Positions 29,184-40,154 are shown, numbered from the stretch's first letter. The stretch is 64,000 bases of DNA from a virus (IMGVR_UViG_3300043436_003696:26099-90098), one strand, 5' to 3'. The notes: generated by a model not told the origin, from the sequence alone. Numbers and translations: made by a program.

Positions 29184-32067
29184 TTATATTTTAAATCTGT
29201 TATTTGGATAAGATGATACCTTAACCCCATTTTCATTAAAAAGTTCAACAAAAATACAACCCTTATCTTCATAGTCGTTAAAAGCTTTTGTGGTTGTTTC
29301 GTAATACTTTTTAAGGGGGCTTTTACCCCTAAAATAAATTATTGCATACTTTTTACTTTTTTTTGTAGTTGCCATAACATTTATTCAGTTGCCTATATTC
29401 TGAAAGGTTCTAATTTATAAAAGCTATTGGCAAGTGCTACAACTCGTCCATAACAGCCATTAACATTAACGGACTAAAGCATACATAGCAAAATATTACA
29501 AACAACATTCCACCTCTTGCATCTTGCGACCATAGAAATGGGTTTGTTTCTGCTTTTAAAAAAGCTATTGCTATGTAAGCAAGTACCGACCAAATAATTA
29601 GTCCTAATGAAACTAATCCTAATGCTTTTACTGTGTTATTCATTTTTCGTTTAATTTAAAGTTTTAGTTTTCAAAATAGCCTTCTGGAATTAAAGACATA
29701 AATCTGCTCATTGGTCTTGGTGTTCCTTCTTGTTCTTTTCCGTAAGCGTATTGAAATGCTCGAACACTACTAAACACTTGTTCTTCTTGTTCTCCGAATG
29801 AGCAAATAGTATTGCTTATTGTATCATAAAAAGCAAAGTCGTTTTGTCCTTCGCAGATTTGGTTTTTTAAATTTAAAAATATAATCATATTTTTGTTGAA
29901 TTTACTTGTGAATAAACCGCACTACTACATAACGTTATAACATTCTAATATATGCCTCTTCAAGTTTCCATTCACAATGAGCTATTGCGTTTGCCTGCTT
30001 TTCTTTATTACTATCATCATTGTACCAGTCGTATACTTCGGAGTCGTTTGTGTATGTTTCAACTTCTTCCCCATTTACAGTTCCACTAATTACGTATCTT
30101 CCATAAGATGAAGTGCTAGATACTTTGATGTTTTCTATTGTGTGTGTGAATTTCATTTTGCGAGTTTTTAAATTGTTATTGTTGTTGTTATTGTTATTTA
30201 ACGGTACGAATGTAAATTTATTATTGACAATAGTTTAGTGTTCCAAAATTTTCTACTTCGCCAAGTCCTGTTCGTTGTATGCAATTTTATTTTACAGTCA
30301 CTAAATAATTTTCTCCAACGTAGTTACCTAACAATCTAAAAGTTAAACCTTTAGGAAGATATTGTCTTTTTAAATGCTTTATAACTGATTTTACCGATGT
30401 TAAATGTGCAGTATTGGTATTATGAGGATATGGAGTATCATAGCTGACCCATATATTTGTTTCATTATTGTACCAAAAATCACCTTCACATTGTAACCAC
30501 CATTTGCTTTTACCATCTAAAGGTTTTCTACGCAACGGAAATTTAGTGTATTTATCACGTGTAATTTTAATTACTCTATTTTGCTTAAAGGTTTCTTTTG
30601 GTTTTGCTGTTAAATCAATTGTTTTAAACTGTTCAAATGATTCTTCACTATAAACATTTTTCATTCTTTCTAAAACAAAATCATTTTTACAATTTTGGAT
30701 TAAATATATATCTAACCAAGTTGGAGTATTCATAATAGGAATTTCACCATTTAAAAAATCTTTTTCTTCATAAGTCCAAACCCAATCACTAATACAAACT
30801 GTTAACCCATCAAAAAATGTTAATTTTTGACTATCTGCCCAAATTTTAAACTCTTTATAATCTTTATAAGAGTTTGTGTATGTTTTATCTATTCCTGCCA
30901 TATTAATTTCTGCGTTTATTACTTTACGTTATAAGTAATGCTTACTAACGCACTCAACTAACTCATTATATTCCTCAATCCATTCAATGTTAATCTTTAA
31001 CCCAGCATTATAGTATCGAGCAATTGCTCCACGCACTTTATTAAATCGTTCTACTTTTACTCGTTCAAAGAAAACATCGTGAAATCTTTTAGGTATCAAT
31101 CCTAATGGTGGTTCGATAGCATTACCGCTAATAGCACTTATATTTAATTGGGCGGTTTTTTGGTTATTCAAATTTTCTACTTTCATCTTTTATTTGTTAT
31201 TTAAAGTTTGTACTATTTAATCCTCTCCTTTCATCACTTATAAATAAATTCTTTATAAAATTGTCAATATCTTTAATATTTTCTTCCCAAGAATATTCGT
31301 TGTCTAACATATATAAAGAAACTTCACTTGAATCAACTTGTGAATTTCTACCATAAACACCTTTATAAAACCTCAATAATATATTATCATCTGATTTATC
31401 ACCAAATATATAATAAGCTATTGCATCCGTAGCATAAGGATATTTATTACCATATTTTTTGTATAGTTTTTGAATGTTATCAACAACACTCACATTTTTA
31501 TTTACAAATTGCTTAAAGTTCTTAATTTTATCAATCATTTTTTTAATATCTTTACTCATAGGTTTTTTCATTACATAAAATATTAATAATTAAATAATTA
31601 AGTAAAACTACATATATAATATAGTTATATGCTATTTTAACCCATCACACCCAAAATGGTTATAAAGTATTATTTGTTTCTTTACAATCATTATAGTTGC
31701 ATCAGGACTTTCGATTGTATCTGTTTCATATTTTGTTTGGCATTTGTAATACTTTTCTCCATGTACTGTTATATAATATTTAATAGTAGATGGTATAAAT
31801 GCCACCAAAAATATGCAAACAAATAAAATCCATTGCTTAAATAGTAGTATTTTTGAAATTAATCTTTTCATATTTATTTTATTTTAACATTTGTTCTTTA
31901 AAAAGTTTCATCGCTTCCTCGCACATTACTTTTATTGTTTTAGAACAAATATTATTTGAAAATGCCCCTTGCACTTCGTTATTATGCCATTCATAGTTAA
32001 TAACAGTATTGTTATTATTGTCATCTACTTCTATTTCAATGTCTTTTACTTTTACTTTTATTCTCAT
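29184..32067 (-). other. Array of small unrelated ORFs separated by degenerate attC-like arms
   Basis: ORFs 29184-29375, 29437-29643, 29664-29888, 29935-30156, 30287-30901, 30929-31186, 31197-31571, 31632-31871 and 31879-32067. Minus-strand GTTATAACG, GCATACAACG...CTTGGCGAAG, ACTTATAACG and GCATATAAC occur at or right after stops. Confidence 0.6.
30287..30901 (-). CDS. Hypothetical protein
   Basis: 204 aa ORF, largest in the array. Confidence 0.65.
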   Translation of the reverse strand: MAGIDKTYTNSYKDYKEFKIWADSQKLTFFDGLTVCISDWVWTYEEKDFLNGEIPIMNTPTWLDIYLIQNCKNDFVLERMKNVYSEESFEQFKTIDLTAKPKETFKQNRVIKITRDKYTKFPLRRKPLDGKSKWWLQCEGDFWYNNETNIWVSYDTPYPHNTNTAHLTSVKSVIKHLKRQYLPKGLTFRLLGNYVGENYLVTVK

Positions 32068-32238
32068 TTTGATTAAGTTTTGTTTTTAATTTTAACATTT
32101 AAAACAATATCTAAAGCTATATCTATATTAATTATAATGAGTTATAGTCCATTGATTACATTATATGACTTCCGTATACTATGAAAATATATTTTATAGC
32201 TTGTAATTAATATAGTAGATATTGTTTAATATTTTAAT

Positions 32239-32556
32239 TTAAAAAGTTCTTTCTTTTACTATTGCTTGCACATAAGTGTTTTCAATATAATCAATTTCAA
32301 ACTTTTTTTCTTGAGCAACTTTTTCAAATTTTTCTAATAAATCTTCCCAACCATTAGCTTGTCTGTAAAGTTCAGCTATTTTATGTTGACATTTTAATGC
32401 TGCCTTTTTAATATGTTTTTCGCTCATTTCATGCATATTAAATTTTACAGTTTTTTCAGTTTTTCCTTCCAAATATACTTGTCGCCAAATATAAGGATTT
32501 TTTTCTGTTTTAACTACGTTTTTTTTATTTATAAATAAAGCTTTTTGGTTATTCAT
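32239..32556 (-). CDS. Hypothetical protein
   Basis: 105 aa ORF. Confidence 0.55.
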   Translation of the reverse strand: MNNQKALFINKKNVVKTEKNPYIWRQVYLEGKTEKTVKFNMHEMSEKHIKKAALKCQHKIAELYRQANGWEDLLEKFEKVAQEKKFEIDYIENTYVQAIVKERTF

Positions 32557-32583
32557 AATTGTAATTTATTAGATTGTTATTTA

Positions 32584-33126
32584 TTAAAATACTTTTGTAG
32601 TTTCTTTTTCAGGTACTTCTTCTACATTTTTACTTATTACTAAAGCTTGTTCAACATTTTCAGAAGTTAATTTAAAAATACCTTCTTCATCTTTAGTTGT
32701 TAAAAAAGAATGTTCGTAAATAGGAGCGTCTTCAAATAATATTTGTTCTCCTGCTGCTGGATGCGTTGAAGGATATACTTTAGGTGCTTGACTTTCATAA
32801 GCAGGTAATTGTTTTTCTTCTACACGAATACCAAAACCTTCTAAAACATCTCCAATACTAAAAGCGTTAGCAATTTCTGTTGTTGAATTTTGAATACATC
32901 TGATAATACGAGTATTAGACCATCCTAAAAATGTATTTAATACTTTATTATTATTAGCAGTTTTAATACCTTGTACTAAAAACATACTTGTATAAGATTC
33001 ATTTTTAGTTTCTTCTAATGCAAAAATTCTTACTTTACCATCATTTAAAGTTTCTTCACCAAAAGCTTCAATAATTTCTTGGTTAGTGCTGTTTTTTGTC
33101 AATGATTTAATTTTTTCTAAGTTCAT
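32584..33126 (-). CDS. Hypothetical protein
   Basis: 180 aa ORF with an acidic tail. Confidence 0.65.
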   Translation of the reverse strand: MNLEKIKSLTKNSTNQEIIEAFGEETLNDGKVRIFALEETKNESYTSMFLVQGIKTANNNKVLNTFLGWSNTRIIRCIQNSTTEIANAFSIGDVLEGFGIRVEEKQLPAYESQAPKVYPSTHPAAGEQILFEDAPIYEHSFLTTKDEEGIFKLTSENVEQALVISKNVEEVPEKETTKVF

Positions 33127-33154
33127 AATGTTAATTTTTAATTTGTGGTTAAAA

Positions 33155-33187
33155 TAAAAAAGCTACTAACATTACATTAGTAGCTTT
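33155..33187 (-). terminator. Rho-independent terminator
   Basis: AAAGCTACTAA-loop-TTAGTAGCTTT with a T tract on the minus strand. Confidence 0.7.
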
Positions 33188-33462
33188 AAATCTGCAAGCA
33201 ATTACTTACAAATATTGTTTGGTGTTTTTATTTAATTAGTGTTAATGTTAAACTATCACAATTAAGTGTTTTTTGATTTAATATAATAGATAAACATTCA
33301 TCACGTAATTGATTATTAGTTATTTTATTACTAATATTTTTTATTTTTTGTAATTGAATTTTTTCTTCTTTTGTTTTAACAAAAATAGATTTATCTAATT
33401 TAATTAAAGGTAATCTATTGTTATTTTTTACCATCCAATCATCGTTGGTAGGTTTAATTGCA

Positions 33463-33699
33463 TTAGGATGCAAAGCTGTAATTTGATTGTTTGACATTAT
33501 TAGTTAATTTTAATGAGTTTCTATGTTCTTCAATTTCTTTTGAAGACAAAAGAATAAAACCTTCACGCATACCCATATAATCACAGCAAGTACATTTTAC
33601 TGTTTTTATTTTTTGATTGCTTTCGTATTGAGGTAAATGGTCAATAAGAGGTACTGAACATTGTGGGCAGCCAATCATGTTGTAGTTAGGTGTATTCAT
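33463..33699 (-). CDS. Small zinc-ribbon protein
   Basis: CPQC...CTCC. Confidence 0.55.
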   Translation of the reverse strand: MNTPNYNMIGCPQCSVPLIDHLPQYESNQKIKTVKCTCCDYMGMREGFILLSSKEIEEHRNSLKLTNNVKQSNYSFAS

Positions 33700-33735
33700 A
33701 ATTTTATCTCCTTTCTTTGTTATTAATTAACAATA

Positions 33736-33761
33736 CAAATATAATACATTGTTTTATCAAA
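33736..33761 (-). promoter_or_regulatory. Bacteroidota sigma-type promoter
   Basis: TTTG...TATATTTG upstream of 33699. Confidence 0.6.
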
Positions 33762-34153
33762 TACAAGTTAAAGATAATATTTTTTACCATCTTCAATATT
33801 ATTTTTTATAAGCGTGTTATTTTCTTTTTCTTTTACCTTTTTTTCCTTTTCAATGGTTAAAATATCTGAAAAAATGTCAGTATTATAAAAAATTAAACTA
33901 ATGCTTATTATAAAAGGAGAAAAAATTAAAAAATGATGATTTGTAATAAAACCTATAAAACCTAGTACAGCACTAATAATGTTTAAATATATATTAGTTG
34001 ATATTTCATTTTTATAGTTCATCATATAATTCTTCTTTAACTTTTTCAAATTTAGATTTTATTTTAACATAGCCTATATTAACTACATATCGTATTTTTT
34101 TTAAGCTAATTAACCAATCCATTAAAGCATTTGTGTTTTGTTGATGTGTATTT

Positions 34154-34567
34154 TTACTCATATTGTTTTAATTCTTTTTTTAATTTACTTAATACATGAA
34201 GACTTATACTATCAAATATAAATAATATAATTATTCCAATTACAATGTCGTTAATAGTTGTTGTTAAACAAATTAATAAACAAGTTAATAAAATCCCTAT
34301 TCCAAAATAAAGTATAATAAATAATAAAAAATTTAAAACATTAAATAAGTTTTTATTTTCTATTTTTAACATTGTATTATTATAATTATTTATTACATAA
34401 TCACCAACAGCAGAAAAATATTCTTCAACAGGTACATTAATATTACCGTCTTTAATAATATTAATATTATTATCTTTTAAAAATTTAATTCTTTTAGATA
34501 ATTGTATTATATTATGTTTTTCTTTTGAATAAAGATTATTTAAATCTTCAACCATTATGTATTTCAT
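34154..34567 (-). CDS. Membrane protein
   Basis: Two C-terminal hydrophobic helices. Confidence 0.55.
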   Translation of the reverse strand: MKYIMVEDLNNLYSKEKHNIIQLSKRIKFLKDNNINIIKDGNINVPVEEYFSAVGDYVINNYNNTMLKIENKNLFNVLNFLLFIILYFGIGILLTCLLICLTTTINDIVIGIIILFIFDSISLHVLSKLKKELKQYE

Positions 34568-34568
34568 A

Positions 34569-34838
34569 TTAATTATTTACATGTTTAATAACTTTACCTT
34601 TAATACCTAATTTTTTATTACCTACAATAATTTGATTATAAGTTTTAGGTTTTTCACTAGGTGATTTTTTATTTAGTAAAGCAGGTTCTCTATATTCTGT
34701 TTCTACTACAACAGTTTTACAATCTCCTGTTTTTTTATCACATAATAAAGAATGTATTGTGTGTTTTACATTTTCTTGATTTTTTAACATTCTTTTACCA
34801 CCAATAATAGCGTAGGTTTTTGAATTACGATTACTCAT
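34569..34838 (-). CDS. Hypothetical basic protein
   Basis: 89 aa ORF. Confidence 0.55.
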   Translation of the reverse strand: MSNRNSKTYAIIGGKRMLKNQENVKHTIHSLLCDKKTGDCKTVVVETEYREPALLNKKSPSEKPKTYNQIIVGNKKLGIKGKVIKHVNN

Positions 34839-35135
34839 TTTTATTTGTTATTAAGTTATTAATTAAATTTGTTTTTGTTAAAACAGCAGAACTACATTTC
34901 AACCTAGTAGTTATTTGTATTATAAAGAACGATAATTGGTTTTAAACTGCTGTTTAATTAATTGATAGGGATAATTCTAATTTTCCCATATTCTTTATCA
35001 TCAGTAAATCCTTTTCTAACTAAATTACAATCTAAATAATAAGATAATCCAATATATTTATCAGGAGTTACATTATAAACTAACTTATTTGGTTTATTTG
35101 TTGGTACGTGTATATTTTGTTTCATATCTTATTTG

Positions 35136-37979
35136 TTAAAGGTTTTGTTGTAGTATTACTACAACAAAACCTTGTTTTGCTGTAATTACTTCATAAGGTC
35201 TATCTTTAAAAAAAGTTATACCCTCAATAATCTGTTGCTTTTCCATTTCTTTGGCTTGTTTTTTTAACTGCAAATAATCTTCAACCTTAATTGAAATTTT
35301 AATTGTTCCCATACTCACATTTTCCCAAGAGTCACCTTGTTTCTCAAGTTGCTCTATAAATTGTTCTACTGCTGTTTGTTTCATATCTTATTTCTTTTTA
35401 AATTGTTTAACAAGCATACTAAATTCAGCTTCTATTGCTTCCTCACAAGTACTTACTGATTCTTCTTTAAATAATATTGCGTGTTTAAAAAATATTTTTA
35501 CTTCTTCCTCACTATAACCTTTTTCTTGTTGATTTGCATATTCATCCATTGCATCAATTATTGTTAAAGGTAAAAGTTCAATAGTTTCTGACTGGTTTAC
35601 ATCTTCAAATTGTATATATTCTCTTAAAACACTTTCTGTTGTTTTCATAATGTTATTTCTTTTTAAATTGTTCATCCCAATAAGATATTACTAGTCTATC
35701 TTGCATCATAAAACCTACTGCAAAATCACACATTTGTTTCTTCTCCATTTCTTTGGCTTTTTCAAAAGTTTGTTCTAATTTTACCCATTGACTATTATAT
35801 AATTCTAATTCAAAATCTAATTGGTCAATTAAGTATTCTACTGCTGTCTGTTTCATTCTATTCTGATTTAAAGGTTTCGTTGTAATATTGTTCTGCTATT
35901 TGTTGATTGTCTAATACATGTTCAGATGGGTATGTATTTTGCCCTTTTATAAAAAAATCAACTATCTGTTGCTTTTCCATTTCTTTGGCTTGTGGTAAAC
36001 ATTTTTTGATTTGTTCTAAATTTGCTCCACATTCAATTAATTCTTCTAACCATTCTACTGCTGTTTGTTTCATATCTTATTTCTTTTTAAATTGTTCAAA
36101 CCATTTATCAATTTCATTACCATTTATTACAATGTTATGTTGATATGCAAAGTGTCCTAAACACTCATATAGTTTTACTAAAACTTCTTCCTCACTATAC
36201 TTATTCTTGTCTTGTTGAAATTCTTTAAACCAATAGTCTCTTGCTGCATATGATTTAGCACCTTGTTGAAATCCTCTATATACCTGTTGATGTTTTAAAG
36301 TATTATTAGAATTACCAAAATAGTTTAACAAATATTTTTCAGCTGCTTCTTCAATTGTTTCTTGTTTAGGTTCTTCTTGTTTCATCTTATTTCTTTTTAA
36401 ATTGTTCAATGATTTTATCTTCTTTTTCTTTAGAATAGATACCTCTATCAACTCCTAATAAAAATGATGTTAATATTGCTTTCCTTAAATCTTCCTCACT
36501 ATACATTCTTTCAGCTTGCCATTTAGCACCATCCGTCCAAATCATTCTTATATCTTCATTTGTATCATAGTCCAATATAATATTAGTAGGATATAATCTT
36601 TCAGCAGCTTCTTCAATTGTTTCTTTATTTTTCATCGTTTTGATATATTAAAGTTTTGTTTAAGAACAGTCAATACTTCATAATTAAGTCCATACTGTTT
36701 TATTTTAGCAAACACATTACCCCATAACTCGTTTTCAAGTGTTTCTTGTTTAGCTTTTTCTTGTGGAATGATGATTTTCCAACCATATTTAGTTTGGAAT
36801 TGTCCATTATGTTTTGACAAATCAACTTCAACCTTAACTTCCTCACACTTTGGATTTTTAATAAACCATTCAAGAAACTCATCATCAATAGCTTGTACAC
36901 CGTCTTTGATTAAGTTTTGGTCTGTTGTTAAGATGATTTTTTTGCAATTATCTTTATGTCTTGTAGAAATTACATCAAAATTGTTACACCAAACATCATC
37001 AAGTTTAGTACATTTTTCAATATGAAACCCATCAGATTCTCCTGTGATTTTGAATAATTCAACCAAATACCAATCTCCTTCTTTAATTTCTGAATCATCA
37101 GTGATGTAGATGTTTTTGTTTTGACACTCATCTGTTGATAAAGCATATCCTTTTTCAAAAATATATTCATGTGTTGTTAAATATAACCTACTTGGTTTAT
37201 CTGTTGGTAATACGTGAATGTTTTTCATCTTATTTCTTTTTAAATTGTTTAAACCATTCTTTACCTTGAATTAATTTACCTCTAACATTTAATGCTTGTC
37301 CTTCATTAAAAGCATTTATTAAATCTTCCTCACTATACATTTTCTTGTCTTGTTCTTGTTGCCATTTAGCACCTGCAATAAAAGAATCACGTTGCGTTTT
37401 AAATTCATCATACACCCTTGCACTTTTCCCACTACCTATCCAAAAGGGTTTATGTGGGTACATTCTTTCAGCAGCTTCTTCAAGTGTCTCTTGTTTAGGT
37501 TCTTCTTTAGGAATGATGAGTTTGTAATCACCATATTCAGTAGCAATTCCTCCTAAGTGATTTCCAACTTCTCTTTCGTCTCTATCAACCTCAACTTCAT
37601 TACAACTTGGATTCTTAACAAACCATTCTAAAAATTCATCATCAATAGCTTGTACACCATCTTCGATTAGGTCGGTGTCTGTTGTAAGAATGATTTTTTT
37701 AAAGTATTCTTTGTGAATATTAATATTTACTAAATCAGTATTTTCATTAACTTTACTAATGATATCTTCTCCAAAATGTTTATAGTAAAACCAATCTCCT
37801 TTTTTAATATCTTCTGAATTAGTGATGTAGATGTGTTGGAATTTTGTAGGATAATCTTTATGACCTACTAAGATATTTTGATGATTAGGTAAAAATGTTA
37901 ATTTATTATTACATAATCCCAATCTACTTAGTTTATTTGTGAATATTAAATGTATGTTTTTTATGTTATTTCTTTCCAT
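35136..37979 (-). repeat. Tandem array of mosaic paralogous ORFs built from shared peptide/DNA modules
   Basis: Eight ORFs share MKQTAVE (x3), AKEMEKxQ (x3), ETxEEAAE (x3), YSEE (x4), QFKKK-stop (x5), KNIH...SRL (x2) and DGVQAIDDEFLEWF (x2), conserved at DNA level. Confidence 0.9.
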
Positions 37980-38047
37980 GATGTATTATTTAAAATATGT
38001 GTTATAATAGATAGGAGTAATATTTCTACTACTCCTATACATGTTTG

Positions 38048-38153
38048 TAGTCAGGACAGGATTTGAACCTGTATGGGATTCTGAGCCAATTACTTCCTCT
38101 CGATGTTCCTCCCAGTTTATTTCAACTTGCGTCTATCATTCCGCCACCTGACT
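38048..38153 (-). tRNA. tRNA-like RNA (Leu-type D arm, non-canonical anticodon arm, oversized variable region)
   Basis: Acceptor AGTCAGG/CCTGACT; D arm TGGCGGAATGATAGACGC; T arm ACAGG-TTCAAAT-CCTGT; 106 nt. Anticodon not assignable. Confidence 0.7.
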
Positions 38154-38303
38154 ATATTTTAAAATGTAGGTTGTTAATAAACTATATTATAGCAATTATT
38201 AACAACACTACATTTAATGCTACTATGATGTTTTTAGGTAATCATTAATGTTACTTATCACATTTTCCCCTAGTCAATTGTAGCTTCTGACTAATATTTT
38301 AAT

Positions 38304-38377
38304 TCCCTCTGCACTCAGTTGTAATAGCTCTTTTTGGGATTTAAGACTAACACTATTACAACTGCTCATTCTTGGGA
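38304..38377 (-). ncRNA. Putative structured RNA motif, copy 1
   Basis: TCCCAAG..TGAGCAGTTGTAATAG-[25 nt]-CTATTACAACTGAGTGCAGAGGGA; strand inferred from flanking genes. Confidence 0.6.
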
Positions 38378-38594
38378 GCTGATTAATTGTGGTTTATTTA
38401 TTTCTGAATCATTTACACACATTTAGCAAGACCATTGCTTATTAATCAGGTAGTTTCACATCTTAATAAATACCTTATTCAGGTGTCCGGGAATTTAAAC
38501 TATTAAGAAGTCTTTATATCTACATGAGTTGTGGTGCATTAGTAATATAATCAGTCAACCCAGCATTACCTGTAATTGACTGATTAAAGTGTTG

Positions 38595-38960
38595 TTATAC
38601 TTTTGCTTCTTTTAATTTATAACCAAATCTTTCAATTAATTTATCTCTTTCAGATATTTTAATTGGTTTATCGTTATATTTATAAGCATATTCAAGGTCA
38701 TAGATATTTTTAGTTAATAATAAATCATCACTCGAATAATTAGCTTTAGTATTTGATATTTCAATTACTTCATTTACTGAACAATATTTAGGTAAATCTC
38801 TAACTAAATTTTGTATAGTTTGTTTATGTTGTAATGCTCTATTAGATAATTCTTTAAGAAGTCTAAAATTACCATCAGCTATTTCACTAAGTATTGAACT
38901 TTGTGTTGATTCTAATTGAGATAAACTATCTTTAAGTTTGTCAATGAAATATTGTTTCAT
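38595..38960 (-). CDS. Hypothetical protein
   Basis: 121 aa ORF within the ncRNA-rich region. Confidence 0.6.
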   Translation of the reverse strand: MKQYFIDKLKDSLSQLESTQSSILSEIADGNFRLLKELSNRALQHKQTIQNLVRDLPKYCSVNEVIEISNTKANYSSDDLLLTKNIYDLEYAYKYNDKPIKISERDKLIERFGYKLKEAKV

Positions 38961-39173
38961 AATTTTGTTATTTAATCAGTTAATAATTTATTTGTGTTTT
39001 ACACCTAAAACTTTGATAATAAACAATATGTTGTGGTTATTTTATTGTAACAAAACTTATTTCAACGCTTTTATACCTTGAGTATATGCGAACCTGAAAC
39101 TTGCTTCATTCTGTTCAATTAATCAAAGAAACTGGTGTCCTCAACATCTTGGAATGTTATTGAGTTTTTTATC

Positions 39174-39315
39174 TCCCTCTGCACTCAGTTGTAATAGGTT
39201 TAAACTAACAATTACTAACGCATAGGAATACCTACTAGGATATTAAGAAGATTTACTTGCTAACTTCTCAACTCTACATGTTTCATTGTTCTATTACAAC
39301 TGCTCACCCTTGGGA
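39174..39315 (-). ncRNA. Putative structured RNA motif, copy 2
   Basis: Same arms as copy 1 enclosing a 93 nt insert. Confidence 0.6.
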
Positions 39316-39708
39316 AGTGAGTTGTGGTGCATTAATAAAGCAGATTCATAAAGCATTTCAATCTCTTTTCCTGTTAATGTTTCCCATCTACGAACACTTC
39401 CAACTAATTCTGTACTAGTGTCGCAAATTTGAGTTTTACGCAAAGATGAAAGTCCGTTCCACCATTGCATTGCTTCTTTTCTTTTAGTCATTTTGTTTTC
39501 AAATTAATTTAGTGCTGATAATCCACCCAGTACATAACAGCAGATTATAGTGATGCTAGCACTAATTGTTTTTACAACTTGTAGGTTTAAAGGTAAAAAT
39601 GCTTGAATAATGGGTAGGTAAAATTGATTAAAAGTAAAAAACCTTTATAATCTATGATTGAGTAAGAGATAATTGAGTAATAGTTACGATAAATGTGTAA
39701 GGAGGAGT

Positions 39709-39812
39709 TCCTACACATCCTATTCCATCACTTTTAACTCCATCACTTTTAATTCAATTAACTTTAACTCAATCACATTCTATTCAAGTAAGTTAAATCA
39801 ATCAGTAACTGG
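39709..39812. repeat. Degenerate 15-bp tandem repeats
   Basis: TCCATCACTTTTAAC/TCCATCACTTTTAAT/TCAATTAACTTTAAC/TCAATCACATTCTAT... Confidence 0.65.
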
Positions 39813-39914
39813 ATGAACTAAATCATCATCAATTACAATCACTTTCTTTTTCATAATGAGTATGTTTACACGTTAGTTATAATTGAGTAGTACACACGAA
39901 AAATTAATAGAAGC

Positions 39915-40154
39915 CTAAGCTTCTATTAATTTACTTGTGTCAGCACTCATGATAACGAATGTTGCATCATCATTAAACTTAATCTCACCTTTCGCTTCTC
40001 TTTCAATGATTGATTGTAATAACCACCACTTAGGCTCTCCACCTTTGCTTGATTTTACTTTTACCCATTCACCAGTAGTATCTTGTGATACTACTGTGAA
40101 TACTGTTTTTTGTGCTGTTTTTTTTGCAGCATATTGTGCTGCGATTTCTTTCAT
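39915..40154 (-). CDS. Hypothetical protein, first gene of the minus-strand block
   Basis: About 80 aa ORF next to the strand switch (start at 40154 or 40163). Confidence 0.6.
   Translation of the reverse strand: MKEIAAQYAAKKTAQKTVFTVVSQDTTGEWVKVKSSKGGEPKWWLLQSIIEREAKGEIKFNDDATFVIMSADTSKLIEA

Noticed and set aside
35136-37979. CRISPR array or DGR template/variable repeats
   Set aside because: The repeats are in-frame coding modules with irregular spacing. No reverse transcriptase, adenine-specific mismatch pattern or cas gene is seen.
38304-39315. Hammerhead, hatchet or twister-sister assignment for the repeated stem motif
   Set aside because: No CUGAUGA/GAAA core. GUGCAGA and GCUCA resemble fragments of other ribozymes, but the remaining architecture does not match, so the motif is left unassigned.
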